DNA of 64,000 nt, taken from NCBI GenBank assembly GCA_009845995.1, contig VXYK01000030.1, forward strand, positions 17,440 through 81,439. The letters are read 5' to 3'. Origin of the DNA: Acidimicrobiaceae bacterium. GTDB taxonomy: Bacteria > Actinomycetota > Acidimicrobiia > Acidimicrobiales > Aldehydirespiratoraceae. Shown piece after piece: positions 63,362-64,000 of this stretch. Within the stretch, counting starts at the first letter, position 1. Every line of letters starts with the position of its first letter. A program made the position numbers and the translations under genes. The notes below the pieces were generated by a model. That model was not told where the DNA came from. It saw nothing but the letters and a program-made list of their open reading frames with translations, and made no database searches.

Positions 63362-64000
63362 ATGCCCAAGCAACTGCTAAAGAAACCACTGCGACTGTTG
63401 ACGTTGCTGCTCGCGTTCACGCTCATCGCCGCTGCTTGCGGAGACGACGATGGCGACGACGAGCCAGAAGCCACGCCGACAACGGAGGCGTCGCAGCCCA
63501 CTGACGATATGCCTGAGGACGAACCCGAGGACATGCCCGAAGACGAGCCTGAGGACATGCCCGAGGACGAACCCGAGGAAATGCCCGAACCCGAGACTGA
63601 TGAAATCGTCGCGGCGTTCGACAGCAACGGCGACGGGACTGTCACCATCGGGGTCGCTGCCGCAGGTCCGCGCGACGACAACGGCTACTACCAGTCGCTG
63701 GTGAACTTCGCCGAACAGTTCTCCGCCGACAACGGTTTCGCTCCACCAATTGTGTCGGACAGGATCGGAGCGGCCGAGGCCGCGCAGGCACTGTCTGACC
63801 TGGCGCAGCAGGGAGTCGACATCTTGATGGTCGGCGCCTCCGAGATCGCCGAGCCGCTACCGGACCTGACCGAGCAGTACCCCGACATATTCTGGTACTG
63901 CAACTGCGGCGCAGGATTCGATGAGTTGCCGGGTCTGGCACAAGCGACCGACTGGGGGGCACCCATCCATTACACAGCGGGTGTCGCTATGGCCGGAATC
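63362..64000 (+). CDS. BMP-family (Med/PnrA-like) ABC transporter substrate-binding lipoprotein; 3' end off the window
   Basis: Absent from the ORF track (open-ended). The ATG at 63362 follows SD AAGGAGGGG. My translation is MPKQLLKKPLRLLTLLLAFTLIAAACGDDD... (lipobox). An acidic repeat linker follows, then TIGVAAAGPRDDNGYYQSLVNFAEQ. Confidence 0.7.
   Translation, partial: MPKQLLKKPLRLLTLLLAFTLIAAACGDDDGDDEPEATPTTEASQPTDDMPEDEPEDMPEDEPEDMPEDEPEEMPEPETDEIVAAFDSNGDGTVTIGVAAAGPRDDNGYYQSLVNFAEQFSADNGFAPPIVSDRIGAAEAAQALSDLAQQGVDILMVGASEIAEPLPDLTEQYPDIFWYCNCGAGFDELPGLAQATDWGAPIHYTAGVAMAGI
63509..63580 (+). repeat. Tandem 24-nt coding repeat x3 (MPEDEPED units)
   Basis: Three consecutive near-identical units (ATGCC(T/C)GA(G/A)GACGA(A/G)CC(C/T)GAGGA(C/A)), followed by a partial fourth (ATGCCCGAACCCGAG). 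Confidence 0.85.

Noticed and set aside
63067-63681. 204-aa Ser/Gly-rich minus-strand ORF with SSGMSSG repeats
   Set aside because: It is the antisense image of the acidic MPEDEPED coding repeat and signal peptide of the plus-strand lipoprotein, which has an SD, an ATG and a lipobox.
1-64000. Mobile elements, prophage, rRNA, CRISPR-Cas
   Set aside because: No integrase, transposase, recombinase, phage structural or cas-like translated ORF was recognised. I noticed no long terminal inverted repeats. Only the 53.2-54.4 kb islet shows foreign composition.

Overview
This is a high-GC, actinobacterial-type chromosomal segment. Supporting signs are luciferase-like (F420-type) oxidoreductases, a LigC-type ATP ligase, acyl-CoA carboxylase beta plus epsilon subunits, many 1-8 nt start/stop overlaps, and apparently leaderless promoters. 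I call about 70 protein genes, one tRNA-Ser(GGA) and an SRP RNA. I recognised no rRNA, CRISPR array, integrase or transposase. Blocks from left to right: (1) 0.6-14.6 kb is an envelope-glycan modification locus. It has three paralogous GT-C (PMT/ArnT-like) glycosyltransferase modules, one fused to an acyltransferase-3 domain, plus a deacetylase, methyltransferase, DUF2304, desaturase and an OafA-like AT3-SGNH protein. (2) 14.6-26 kb is housekeeping: carboxyltransferase plus epsilon, LOG, DNA ligase, mce, recR, dnaX, SRP RNA, tRNA-Ser. (3) 26-30.6 kb is a TetR-controlled LLM-SDR-kinase-SDR operon. (4) 30.6-33.9 kb holds SRAP, lspA, a cytochrome b/Moco oxidoreductase pair and tadA. (5) 33.9-43 kb is a polyamine uptake/catabolism cluster. 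(6) 43-51.6 kb holds mixed redox genes, including a GntR regulator, tandemly duplicated NAD(P)H-binding genes and a P450. (7) 51.6-54.4 kb looks accessory: an AbrB/PIN-like pair, a PhyH dioxygenase, and a markedly lower-GC islet. The islet carries a translationally coupled 63-aa/227-aa gene pair I cannot assign to any family, plus iteron-like TTTAGAG repeats. It is my best candidate for an undescribed system. (8) 54.4-64 kb is a seven-gene translationally coupled oxygenase / hydantoinase-like / CoA-ligase operon. It shares an identical 21-nt operator box with the GntR locus 9.6 kb away. All family calls come from reading translated ORFs for motifs. No database search or computation was possible.
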